A stretch of 63,208 nt of DNA, counting the filler, from Collodictyon triciliatum (Eukaryota): NCBI GenBank assembly GCA_043381765.1. It is 3 parts of 3 records of this genome, joined end to end, with 100 filler letters (N's around TTAATTAATTAA, not from the genome) between each part and the next. Parts side by side here need not be neighbours in the genome. Positions count along the whole stretch, not along the records: positions 1 to 17,027 come from JBHJMP010000663.1; positions 17,128 to 39,216 come from JBHJMP010000664.1; 1 more part is not named here. One strand, given 5' to 3'. Of this stretch, positions 12,415 through 24,337 are shown piece after piece. The notes under the pieces were generated by a model that saw only the letters and a program-made list of their open reading frames with translations, was not told the origin of the DNA and did no database searches. A program made the position numbers and the translations under genes. Each line of letters begins with the position of its first letter. Position 1 is the stretch's first letter.

Positions 12415-15145
12415 AGTAGTAGTTGTAGTTGTAGTTGTTTATGTGCTCCTTAGAGCACCTGCTTAATTAAAAGCAATAAAAAAAATTTTTTTTTAAAAAA
12501 GAAGCACACTACAAACAGTTCTACGTAGAAGATATCATGATTAAAGAAATATGTCAAACTATTCTTTTTTTTATAACCTTCACGAATAAATCCCTAAAAT
12601 ATTGTAATCAAATAAAAGGAGTTACCTGCTAATTTTTTCTTCTTTCTTTTTTTGTATGAAATAACAAAGTAATTTTCTACAAATCTTTTCCATCTAAAAC
12701 AAAGTTGTAACTGTTCGATATCCAAAATGCCATTTCTTTTCATTTAAATATACTTATCTATGACTCTGATTTATGACATATTCCTTTTTAATCCAAATAA
12801 TCACGCCAGAATATCTCCTTTTACTCATTTAATTTTGATGCCGTAAAAATTATTCAACACTTTAGTCACCGAAGCAAGATATAGCCTTCTTTGAAACAGT
12901 GTTTCGAAAATTGAGGAATAGAATTCCTTTGTATCTAAGAGAAGTAAGTCTAATGACCACATGCACATATCCTTTTTCTCTCAACACAAGTCCATTTTTC
13001 TCGGACATATGGAATGCCATCTTTCTATCCTAAGAACATAAATTGCACAAAGTTATACCTTCTTGATACGCACAGGATTTTTGTGGGACTGCAAACATAT
13101 GCCGTGCTTGGGTGGATTCCAACGTGGAACGCTTTGCGCTAGGAGTAGATTTAGACAAGAAAACACTGCTATGGGGATTGGAGCACAATATTCGGTCTGA
13201 TATATAAACAATTTCAAATTAAGAGATAATCACTTGATAATATGATGCGGACACTCATTATTTTTTTTAAAAAGGCAATATTTATCTTCTTTTTTTTTAT
13301 CATGATGGTCAATAAATTCTATCCTATTGATCCCAAAATTTGACTTTGTGAATTCAAGTGCCGTTTTCGTATTAATTTTTCTTCTTTATGTCTATTCTTT
13401 TATCTTTTTTTTTTTTTTTATTGACCTCGGTTGATCTCGCAGCATCTCGGGTGAAAACGAAATGAAAGGAAAAAAGCTGAAATTATAATTTATCAATTTT
13501 ATTACATGGGCATTTACTTTGTTTTGTCATTCGGTGGATTTTCTCTAGACCATCACCTTCGGCTGTTGAGAGGATAAAACTAGTTTGTGCCAATGTTTTG
13601 GATGAAATCCACACAAATTTTCCAGCTGCGGACATCACTTTCGCTTTTAACTACAGCATCTGCTACATGAAGTCAAGAAAGGACCTTTTACATTACTTCA
13701 CAGCAGCCAGGTAAAGCCAATACATCAGATATTCCACTGTCTCAAGGTTTCTTCTAATCGTATACTCACTATAATTCTCAATTAATGTTGTTTTAAGATT
13801 CATTCTTGACCAATTATTCTTTATTAAAAAAAAAAATGAGGGCACTTCGATCCGTGAGAAGACGCTCCCTTTATTTTTAATGCACAAAATGATGCACCTC
13901 ATATTCAGAATATACGAAATATAGAAAGACATTGTCTGAAGACGGGATATTTGTATGCGATTTGTATGGGGGCTATGAGGCAATCAAACCGAGGAAGTGC
14001 GTTCGGCGCGTTGGTGAGACACCCTATAAGGTGAGTCTCCTGCTATCCTCATTCAATATGGCAAGCATAAGCGAATAGTCTTTTTTTTTTTTAAGGAAAT
14101 ATTTTCATTTTCCTAATAATTACATGATTTCGAAAATAAATGTCCAGCCTTGAGACCGATTCAAGATCATGATTCCTTACTCACTTAAGTGTAGTAACAT
14201 GAAATAGTCTTTTTTGAAAGAATATATTGGATTAAAAAATTACTAAAGTACGATTCATTTCAAGTACACATGGGAGCAAGCGCAATTTAATCCAATCACC
14301 AATGAGACGCATTGCTATCTTAGCTTTCATTTCCCCGATAAATCCACTCTTCACCATGCCTTTTCCTATGACTGGCGATTATGGTCCGGTAAGAGTGGTT
14401 TCCTCCATCTCAAGCAGATTTCATATTCGCTTGTTTTGGGAGTGATAGAGGTTCTATGTTCTGGCATCATGTTTTTCTTTCTTTCCCGTCTGTTGAGTCT
14501 TTGTTAAATATTTCCTTTTATATTAATTTTAAGTATATATTTCGCTTTCACAACTGTTTGACCCTATGTAGTTGCGGAGGTAAAAGATGCACTTCTTGAA
14601 GTTGGATTCAAAGACGTTCAGGTTTGGTGGGCAAAAGCGAAACCAGGTCAGTCAAATTTACTCAGTGATATTGTCCTTTCAATTCGGAATTTAACATCAT
14701 TATCTACGGCTTAAAAAAAAAAAAAGAAGATGCAACTATATTTAATTTTCCATGTTTACGGTTACTTAATGACGAATCCAATCTTACCAGCTCCACTTAA
14801 AAAAATAAATAAAATAAATGAAATGCGACAGGATTGGATGATGAAAGCCTTGATAGTAGCAGCAATAGCGAAGACGAACAAAAAGAATCGGAGAGTAACG
14901 AAGAAGAGGAATCCGATGAACTCTCAGGTCATGGAGATGGAGAATCCCCTCGAGAAAGTGAGCACCTTCCCCCTCATGGCCGATGCCAGAACCCAAGGCG
15001 CCAAGGATTTGGAAGAAAGCACACCTCTTCCAAGGTTTCGAAAGCAACCACAGACGCTGATGAATCCTTAGAAGACCAGTTTCAACATGTTCGCTGCCCA
15101 CCCCAGACACCCGCGTGGAATGTCAATATTGTTGCTCTCCAATAA
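11909..15145 (+). CDS. Class I SAM-dependent methyltransferase of the 'EDFCGTA' family (8 exons)
   Basis: Spliced reading is YQLSVQ|SPKQDIAFF...LYLRE|DFCGTANICRAWV...ALGVDLD...FAFNYSICYM...GIFVCDLYGG...|YTWEQAQFNP...AFSYDWRLWS|VAEVKDALLEVGF...WNVNIVALQ*. An alternative start at 12161 is possible. Confidence 0.85.
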
Positions 15146-16252
15146 ACATACTTTTTGAGAAGCCGTAAGCAAGTTGATTTATTACCTTATGGCCACTTTG
15201 CCTATAGATGACAAATGATTGCAGCCAGAGCAATCGATAGCATTGGAGGATTTGCATGACAGAAGAGAAAGAAAGGAAAAACAACAGGCATACCGCACTA
15301 AAAGAAAGGAAGCATTTAACAACCCTTGAATCTTGGGAATTCGTGATAGTTTCAGTCCAGTTTTTTTTTTTTTTTTTGGAATCCCCGTTGCATTAATGAT
15401 ATGTGATTCTTGCTCTTTCCTACATCCAGCGAAAAAAAAAANNNNNNNNNNNNNNNNNNNNNNNNNNNNNNNNNNNNNNNNNNNNNNNNNNNNNNNNNNN
15501 NNNNNNNNNNNNNNNNNNNNNNNNNNNNNNNNNNNNNNNNNNNNNNNNNNNNNNNNNNNNNNNNNNNNNNNNNNNNNNNNNNNNNNNNNNNNNNNNNNNN
15601 NNNNNNNNNNNNNNNNNNNNNNNNNNNNNNNNNNNNNNNNNNNNNNNNNNNNNNNNNNNNNNNNNNNNNNNNNNNNNNNNNNNNNNNNNNNNNNNNNNNN
15701 NNNNNNNNNNNNNNNNNNNNNNNNNNNNNNNNNNNNNNNNNNNNNNNNNNNNNNNNNNNNNNNNNNNNNNNNNNNNNNNNNNNNNNNNNNNNNNNNNNNN
15801 NNNNNNNNNNNNNNNNNNNNNNNNNNNNNNNNNNNNNNNNNNNNNNNNNNNNNNNNNNNNNNNNNNNNNNNNNNNNNNNNNNNNNNNNNNNNNNNNNNNN
15901 NNNNNNNNNNNNNNNNNNNNNNNNNNNNNNNNNNNNNNNNNNNNNNNNNNNNNNNNNNNNNNNNNNNNNNNNNNNNNNNNNNNNNNNNNNNNNNNNNNNN
16001 NNNNNNNNNNNNNNNNNNNNNNNNNNNNNNNNNNNNNNNNNNNNNNNNNNNNNNNAAACAAAACAAACAAAACAAAGTAAATTAAGCAAATAGACTTGCT
16101 TGAATATGAAATATATTAGCAGAAACAGAAAGAAACTCGTTGCTCGGATAAAAGATTATATTCACAAATTATGTAAATAATCATAGGATCATGAATAACA
16201 TATCTGTCTCGCACACGTTGAAAAAAAACCATCAAAATATCATAAGGCGAAC

Positions 16253-16712
16253 CAGGTGTAGAGGGGTTTCCTTTTGCTCATTTAATGAGCTCGCCTTGGC
16301 TCCATGGAGAAGTAGCTGAGCAACAATCTCAGATGAGCCTGACATGACAGCATAGTGCAGCGTCGTGTTTCCTTTCTCTCCTGAATGATTTTTCATACCA
16401 GTGTACCTCATGTTGTCTAGTGCTGCCACAATATCTTTTGATAAAAGAAGGTGGTGTAACCTGACCAGAATTTGAAGTATAAAAGATTTATTAATATTAT
16501 GTTGCAATTGAACAAACAGTAAAAAAGGAAAGAAAATCAAACGCAAGCTAATACCATAGAATAAATCAAGTATGTTGGTTGCAAGTAAGTCATAATTAGG
16601 TAAGTGGCATACATGAAAAAAAAATTAAAAAATTAAGAACGTTTCAGTCAATATGAATGTCTCTTATAAACCTTTGGACTCTGAGCGAGTCTATAGATGG
16701 TTTCGGTTCCAT
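16253..16712 (-). CDS. Ankyrin-repeat protein, first two exons (remainder in gap)
   Basis: MEPKPSIDSLRVQR|LHHLL...GNTTLHYAVMSGSSEIVAQLLLHGAKASSLNEQKETPLHL. Exons are 16712-16672 and 16460-16253. Confidence 0.7.
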
Positions 16713-17071
16713 GCAACGTAGCTTAGTTTCTATTAGTGTTATATTTGCTGATAAATGAGTGCTCTTTGAATTCAAAATTTAGTTACTTTGTGGTATAAGT
16801 GGCAAAGAGCGTTTGCAGAGTGCTTCACAAAGAAAAGAAAAGAAAAAGAGAAGAGAAAAGAGAAGAGAAAAGAGAAGAGAAAAGAAGAGAAAAGAAGAGA
16901 AAAGAAAAAAGAAGAGAAAAAAGAAGAGAAAAAAGAAGAGAAAAAAAGAAGAGAAAAAAAGAAGAGAAAAAAAGAAGAGAAAAAAAGAAGAGAAAAAAAG
17001 AAGAGAAAAAAAGAAGAGAAAAAAAGANNNNNNNNNNNNNNNNNNNNNNNNNNNNNNNNNNNNNNNNNNNN

Positions 17072-17083
17072 TTAATTAATTAA
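17072..17083. other. Artificial six-frame stop linker TTAATTAATTAA within an N-gap (scaffold join)
   Basis: A 12-mer flanked by N runs, with an identical copy at 39261-39272. Confidence 0.95.
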
Positions 17084-17127
17084 NNNNNNNNNNNNNNNNN
17101 NNNNNNNNNNNNNNNNNNNNNNNNNNN

Positions 17128-17203
<76 letters not shown>

Positions 17204-17312
17204 TTCATGGCTCTGTGAATTTTTATTCGATAGATTTGGGTGATTATGCATGCCTTTTTGTTCAATACCATAATCACATTCACACACACAAAAACAAAAA
17301 AATTTCAAACAG

Positions 17313-19293
17313 GCGGAACAAATCGAGGAAATTGTCAAGGGTTTAAATTGGTAGGTCGAGGAAATTGTTTTTTTTCTCCCTTTGTATATGCATACACTTT
17401 CGACTTTATTTTCTTCCCTTAAAAAAAAACAACTCATTTGGATACTAATGATTCTCTAATGTAGACGTATATTTCAGAGCTCTCTAAAATTAAAGGAGTG
17501 GACAATAAAACAACTGTTCTTGCATATATAGCCTCCTCTATATTCAAAGAGCTAATCGAGTAAGCCAATTTATATTTTATTCTGCAACTTAATTAATGGT
17601 GTATCGCTGGCAAGAATGAAACTTAATAGCGTGGGGCCCATAACTTGAAATGAATTGTAATTGACAATACGATCTGTTACGAAGTTTCTTGCAAAGTAAT
17701 CAATTATACAATACAGCTCTAACCAGTATCCTGCGACATCATTGAATCAGCTTAACAAGCAATTGCTTCATATTCCGTTGGCCAGCAAAATTCCTCTTGC
17801 TCAGGTATGTAAACTAATCAAGCCAATCAAATTTTATCGACCAATTTATTTTTATATTTATCTCTTATTAGTAAATGCATATTTTTTGAAAAGAAAAACA
17901 AACAAATATTTATTATTAACGATGCAGTTACAAACTGATGTTTCTGGGATGCAAAAGCAAGTCCAGGACATGAGAGTAAAAATAGAACAGCTGAAAGAAA
18001 ATACCTCGTAATATATAAATCCAGTTGGATACCCGTATTCAGCAATACCTTTTGGTTCGTTATTTTGCCTAGTGGGATATTCAGTCTAATTAACAAAATA
18101 CTTATTAGTGCCCCTGAGTCCACCCTTCTGTTTGTCAAGAAGATGGAAGAATCACTGCTTGGAATATCCAGCAAAATGCAAACCGTATTAGAAGGGTATG
18201 GTGATATGATAGTTTCAGTGAAAAGCCTTCTGGCACATTTTGGTGAAGATTCCGACGCTGCCGAGGAAAAAATATTGTAACTTTCATAGATCCTAGCATG
18301 CATTCCAGATCTTTATAATACCTTCCTACTCATGTTCAAAGTTAAGCACGTTTTTTTTTCTCTTTCCCCTTCTTCTGACGCATGACATAATTAGTTCGTC
18401 TGCTGATGAGCACATATCCATGGTAAAAATCATCCCAGTTCAAAAACTATTGAATTGAATCTGTACTGCATTTTTGGAGCGTTAACTTCTGTCCTTGATA
18501 AAAAAAAAAATTATTAAATTCTATTTTTGTTGCGTGGCGTGTGTTATTTGGAAAAAAAATCGTGTTTATGTCCTTTGAGTGAAATTACTCTGAAATCTTT
18601 GTAAAATTAAAACTCAAACACGGGTTCATAATTATCTTCTTTATTCGGGGTTTCCCAATATAAAATGTCATAAAATCTCACCTCCATCCTAGCTCTCTAA
18701 GTTTATGGACGACTGGGAGCTTGTGTGTAGACCAATCGAGGCACAATACCAACCCGTAAAAAAGGTCTTTATTTACTTTTATTTTATTTGGGCTGCAGTA
18801 TCTTCAATGTTCGCTACATTGGAAAATAAAAATGACTAAAACTGAAGGCATCATCGAATTATTCATCGAGATTTTTATAGGAAAAAAATTCCGCTATTGC
18901 AAAGGCCGAGGAACCCAAGGAGTGTGTTTTCTCTTTATTTACTTTTGTTTGATCCCTTTCTACTCTTTTTTTTTCTCCCTTTCATATTCTTTTCTCCTAT
19001 TTTTTTTTTTTATGCATGTGCAAAGTCTAACATTTGTCTCAATACATCATATTCTATCAGAGTCGCACACGGCGTCGAGCTACCATCAGGTGTTGAAGGC
19101 CGTCTTCTTGAAAGTCTTTTGGGTTTGTTTCTTCCTGTCCCTCTGCTTCAAACCTCAAATACAGCACCAAATACACATTTATTGCTCCTGGCTTCACCCA
19201 GACCACCAAAAACAAGCTTGATTCCTTTTATCATCACTACTTCAAGATAAAAAGAAAAAGAGTATCTTTTCCCATGCTCATTCCAGAGACTGA
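17313..19293 (+). CDS. Formin, C-terminal part of FH2 domain and tail (5' exons missing at the scaffold join)
   Basis: GGTNRGNCQGFKL|TYISELSKIKGVDNKTTVLAYI...LLAHFGED...MFMDDW matches the FH2 motifs (GxAxGFKL, KxxDNKTTLL, YFGE). GRLLESLL is a possible DAD-like motif. The last exons are uncertain. Confidence 0.75.
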
Positions 19294-20019
19294 TTGGCGA
19301 TCTATTCTCATAATCTTTGTCTCTTTATTTTTAAAGTAGTTAATAATCACCCTTTCGAAAATACCTAGTCGACCTGAAGGATGGCAAGTACTTTAAGAAT
19401 CGCATGCGTTTGGAGCAGCAGAGGAACGATGCCTAGCGCACGAAACCCAACCCCGCGCAAGAATCATCCGCCGATTCTCACCCGGTTCCGCACTACATAT
19501 AATAATCTGCTGTGCGCGTCCGAAACTTTGATTTATCCATCCACAAACTTTCTTTTGCACCCTCCCCTTTTTTGCTTATCTTTGCGTCCCCATCGCACCA
19601 GTCTTTGACAACCCTTCGCCCTGCTGCCAACGCCGCAGTCCAATCCCAAAGTGCGCATCAAGTTCCGTACTTTTCTTCTTCTTCTTCTTGTTCCTCCTGT
19701 CTCCTTCGATTGAACTAAACAACCAATTGAAGGCACATTCACCGAATCTTACACAGCCCCGTGGCTGCGAATCTATGCATGGTGGCCATACCAAATCAGG
19801 ATTTGAATTCGAAAATTCGAAAATTCAAACTACTGTGGTTTGTTATCTTTTTCATTCTGGGTTGCCTCTTTGATTCCAATTCTTTTATTTGTGTGGTTCC
19901 CCTCGCGAGACGATCGCGTGTGAAGAATGGCCAAAAGCTGGGGAAGCAAGAAGGTTGCGCTTGGGGGAAGAGTCGCCAGTGATTGATCGAGAAAAGTCTT
20001 CTGTAGGCCGAAACGAGCC

Positions 20020-20704
20020 ATGGATGGCGATAAGTATGAGTTTGAAGCACCGCAGTTCTACGAGTTTCAGGAGGAGGATGGGCAGCAAATCAGCGACACG
20101 AGCCATCTCGGCTTTGGGCAAGGTAGCGCAGACTTTGGAACCTTTTTCTTTTTTCTTTTTTTTCTTTTTTTCTTTTTTTCTTTTTTTCTTTTTTTCTTTT
20201 TTTCTTTTTTTCTTTTTTTCTTTTTTTCTTTTTTTCTTTTTNNNNNNNNNNNNNNNNNNNNNNNNNNNNNNNNNNNNNNNNNNNNNNNNNNNNNNNNNNN
20301 NNNNNNNNNNNNNNNNNNNNNNNNNNNNNNNNNNNNNNNNNTTATTGTCTTTTATTATTGTCTTTTATTATTGTCTTTTATTATTGTCTTTTATCATTGT
20401 CTTTTATCATTGTCTTTTATCATTGTCTTTTATCATTGTCTTTTATCATTGTCTTTTATCATCGTCTTTTATCATCGTCTTCGGCTGTTTTGATGCGTGG
20501 AGAGCACTCTGCAGACGACCATGATTGGCCTCTGTCGAAAGCACCAATCCAACAAAAAGGCCCATCAAACAAAGACGCGGGTGCGTCCATCGAACAGAGC
20601 GCCTTTCCGCCCTGCGAGCCCCACCCAACCAGGGCCAACCCGTTCGGCCAGCGAGCCAAGCAACAAGGACGACGTAGCGTAGAGCCGCCGCACAAGCCCA
20701 CGAG
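20020..20704 (+). CDS. Short protein with N-terminal TPX2-like Aurora-binding motif (3' end uncertain)
   Basis: Exon 20020-20122 reads MDGDKYEFEAPQFYEFQEED and ends at an AG|GT donor. A probable second exon lies at ~20500-20704. Confidence 0.45.
20342..20480. repeat. 13-bp intronic minisatellite (TTTTAT[T/C]ATTGTC)n
   Basis: Directly visible, with unit variants grading along the array. Confidence 0.9.
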
Positions 20705-21483
20705 TGAGGATCGGCTTTCTGCTTTTTCATCCCTTATACGAACCTGTTGGTTTGGGTTCGGTTCCGGCGATGGAAATCCGCCCTGGGAAAGGCGAATGCT
20801 TGTTTTCATATCCCCTCCTTTTTCATTTCTTTTGCGTCATGAACTCAACCGAGCTTATATAAAAATAAGCCGCCTTTTTTTCATATCACACCTGTGCAGG
20901 CGTCCTACTCTGTCACGTTGGGTTCTTGTGAGAAGTGTTCTTTCGCTCTTGTTTGCATGGCTGCTGCTTTGAAGCCCAAGCGCCAGCAGGATGGGCATAG
21001 CAAAGGCCAACCAAGAACCGCATAAATATTGAGAAGAAAAAAGGATTATATTTCTTCCTCGTCTTTGTTGCAAAGGCCCATGGTTCCTCGTATATTTATG
21101 CTTTCATGCCTTTCATTTGAAGAGTTTGGAGTCACAAAGTCATGCCATGGCTTACTAACACTAAAACTACGTTAAGTTTCTGTGCAGCTTTTTCATATAT
21201 ATTTTTCTTCTGCAGTCTCGTTTTTTTTTATTATTATTATTTATTTACAAGAAAAGTGGAAATTATAGAAGATAACAAAAACAAACTCATTATACCCTTG
21301 CATGTCCAAACCCGCCGCAAACAAAAACTCATGAGGCTTCACCTTCAAACTGACTATAATAATGTTGAAAGAATAAAAAGAACTGAAAAGCCTTTTTTTG
21401 TTTTTCGCGTCTGTGCACAGGTAAAACCTTTAACTCCTCTGTAGTGTAAGACTGTAAAAAGAGAATCAAGGACGAGATAAGCA

Positions 21484-23185
21484 ATGACAACTCTCATATT
21501 TGGCACAGCGGGAATTGGAGCAGCCTTAGCGAAGAGGATTGTCCAGAGAGGTATAAGAGTTCAGACTCAACGCACACGACCTCTATATCTACCCTTTTGT
21601 TCCTTTCATGCGCAAGCATATATCCTTAGCAACATGAAATAGAGGTCATTAAGATTACAGCACAGAGTAAGTGTGCCTTAAGTGAGTGTCATCGCTGTCC
21701 ATATTAACATATATGAAGGCACCTCACTTGACCTGACCTTCATATCCTACATCCTCAAGGAAACCCGGTTCATGTCGTCGGACGCAACCAAGCAGCTCTG
21801 AGCGAGCTCTCCTCCTCGCTTTCAATTGAAACAACCCAATGCGACTGCGCAAACCCAGACGAAGTACAGAGCAAAGTGAAACAGGTATCTCGCTATCGAT
21901 CTCCCCGTATCCATACACACATACATACACACATACATACACACATACATACACACATACATACACACATACATACACACATACATACACACATACATAC
22001 ATACATACATACATACATACATACATACATACATACATACATACATACATACATACATACATACATACATACATACATACATACATACATACATACATAC
22101 ATACATACATACATNCATACATACATACATACATACATACATACATACATACATACATACATACATACATACATGCATACATACATACATACATACATAC
22201 ATACATACATACATACATACCAGTATTCTCCTTCCTTCTTGCAGAATACCAACAACAGCAACCATCACCACACACATGACCAGCACAATAATTCCACAAC
22301 CCCAACCGAACCCCGTCCAGATTGCCCAGTCAACCGAAATCCGAGGACTGGTCTATGCAGTGGGCTCCATCCCTCTGAAGCCCTTCAGAACAGTGAGTCG
22401 GCCAGCAACAAGCACCCCTTGCCTACTTCATTTCTTGTAGCATACCCAACCTGCGCTAAGTAATAACAGCAATAACAACATTAACAATTGCTTGTTGGCC
22501 ACCTCCGCCTCACCGGAACGCGACCACAGACGAGCGCAGGCGACTTCCTCGAAGCCTACAGGGTCAACGTGCTGGGAGCGGCCATGGCCATCCAGTCTGC
22601 ACTTCCGTCCATGAAAGGTATGCATGCATGCACAGCCACAGAGCCAAGCAAACACAGCCACAGAGACCCGGGCACTGACACGCCGACGCACAGACGCATC
22701 CGGGATCGTCCTCTTCTCCACGGTCGCCGTGCAGCAGGGCTTCCCGCTCCACGCAGCCATCGCCAGCGCAAAGGGCGGCCTCGAAGGCCTCACACGCACC
22801 CTCGCAGCAGAGCTCTCGCCCAAGGTCCCGCCACACCCCGCCACACCCCGCCACACCACATCACACTGACCCCCTGCCGCCTCCAGATCCGCGTCAACTG
22901 CATCGCCCCGTCCCTCACAGACACCCCGCTGGCCGCCCGCTTCACAAAGAGCGCAGCCACAGCAAAAGTACCCCTCCCTCCCTCCCTCCCCCTGCCTTCA
23001 TCGCACTGACCCGACCCGCCCTCTTTGTCCAGGCTCTCGCCGAGGCCCATCCCCTCCCCCGCCTCGGGACCCCCCAGGAGATGGCGGCCCTTGCCGAGTT
23101 CCTGCTCGACCCGGAGGCCTCCGGCTGGATCACCGGCCAGGTCATCGGCGTGGATGGCGGCCGCTCCACCCTGCGCACAAAGTGA
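21484..23185 (+). CDS. Short-chain dehydrogenase/reductase (FabG-like fold, 7 exons), catalytic Tyr replaced by Ile
   Basis: MTTLIFGTAGIGAALAKR...LVYAVGSIPLKPF...VNVLGA...IVLFSTVAVQQGFPLHAAIASAKGGLEGLTRTLAAELSPK|IRVNCIAPSLTDTPL...GWITGQVIGVDGGRSTL. Confidence 0.9.
21912..22220. repeat. Intronic (CATACATACACA)n / (CATA)n microsatellite
   Basis: Directly visible in SDR intron 2. It is the source of the YIHT/CMYV ORFs. Confidence 0.95.
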
Positions 23186-23378
23186 CCCCCCCGCATAAAC
23201 ATCCCAACCCCTCCTCTCCCCTTCTTATGCGCCTGCTGACCATCGACCAACTTTGTCTCGGTCGGAGCTCGTGTGTGTAAATATATCATCTCCAGAATTG
23301 GTATGGACAGACAGAGGGGAAGTGCGGTTCAGGTTTATTTCAACACGAGATTCATCAACCAGGGCGGCGCTGATGGAT

Positions 23379-24337
23379 TTAGGCAACCAGGGCAGAAGCG
23401 GTCGAGGATTCGCTGCATGGTCAGGCGACGTGGTTAGTACGGAAGGGCAATGGGAGAGGGAAAAGTGTGAATACAAGTATGTGTCAGTCAACGACGCGCA
23501 AGAGAAAGTGCGGGGAGATGAAGCATACTATTTCCAGTTGGGGGGCAGCTTCTTTGTGCGCTTGTAGTATCTGGCCAGGCGGTGGATACGGCTCTCGACA
23601 AGAATCAGGCGGAACTTGGAGTCCTTGTCCTTGCGGTTGCGGTCCAGATGCTTGCGGATGCTGACGGCCTTGCGGATCAGGTGGTACATGTCCTCAGGGA
23701 TCTCAGGGGCGAGGCCTTTGTGTTTCCAGTTCAGGCATGAGTGCACGGAGAGGGAAAGGAGCAGCAGCAAGGGCGAGGCCTCTGTGTTTCCAGTTCAGGT
23801 ATGAGTGCGCGAAGGGGGGTGAGAGGCTTACCGCTGGCCTTGAGGATACGGAGGATCTTGTTTCCGGTGACGTTCTTGACCTGGCCGATGCCGTGGGAGT
23901 CGCGGAGGATCACACCGATTTGCGAGGGGGTCATGCCTTTCTTGGCCAGGCGGCAGATGTGCTCGTTCACATCCGTGGGCGACACCTTGAGCCACGAGGG
24001 CGGGGTGCGGCGGTAGGGGAGGACGGGGGCGGCAATACCCTTGCTGTTGGGGGATGGGGTATGTTCTGGTTAGTCTTGCTTCTGCCTTGCGGGCTTTGAG
24101 GGGGCCGGTTGTTCCTTCTGAGTACGCCCGAGTGTAAGCTTCGAGTTTCTTTTCTTGTTCTTTCTCTTCATATATTTATTGTTCTACAGAGTCTCTTTCT
24201 CGCTTTGTCGAGGCGTAGGAGTTATATTGCTGGCATTATTGAGTGGAAAGGGGGATTGTGTTTGATGTGTGCAGGTGCGTGTGATTAGGTCTGGGGAAGG
24301 TTAGACTGACAAACCCGTTGCTGTGCATGCGACCCAT
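23379..24337 (-). CDS. RPS13: 40S ribosomal protein S13 (uS15); exons 24337-24315, 24043-23832, 23715-23529, 23412-23379
   Basis: [27 protein letters not shown]...[17 protein letters not shown]...[52 protein letters not shown]...[11 protein letters not shown]. Confidence 0.98.

Noticed and set aside
15164-15329. Exon-like frame PEQSIALEDLHDRRERKEKQQAY after the methyltransferase stop
   Set aside because: The methyltransferase already ends in its conserved terminal motif and no in-frame donor was found. It may be UTR or the antisense of the ankyrin gene's end.
24044-24314. Intronic snoRNAs in the RPS13 and RPL32 introns
   Set aside because: No paired C/D boxes or clear H/ACA structure were seen by eye. 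A covariance-model search would be needed.
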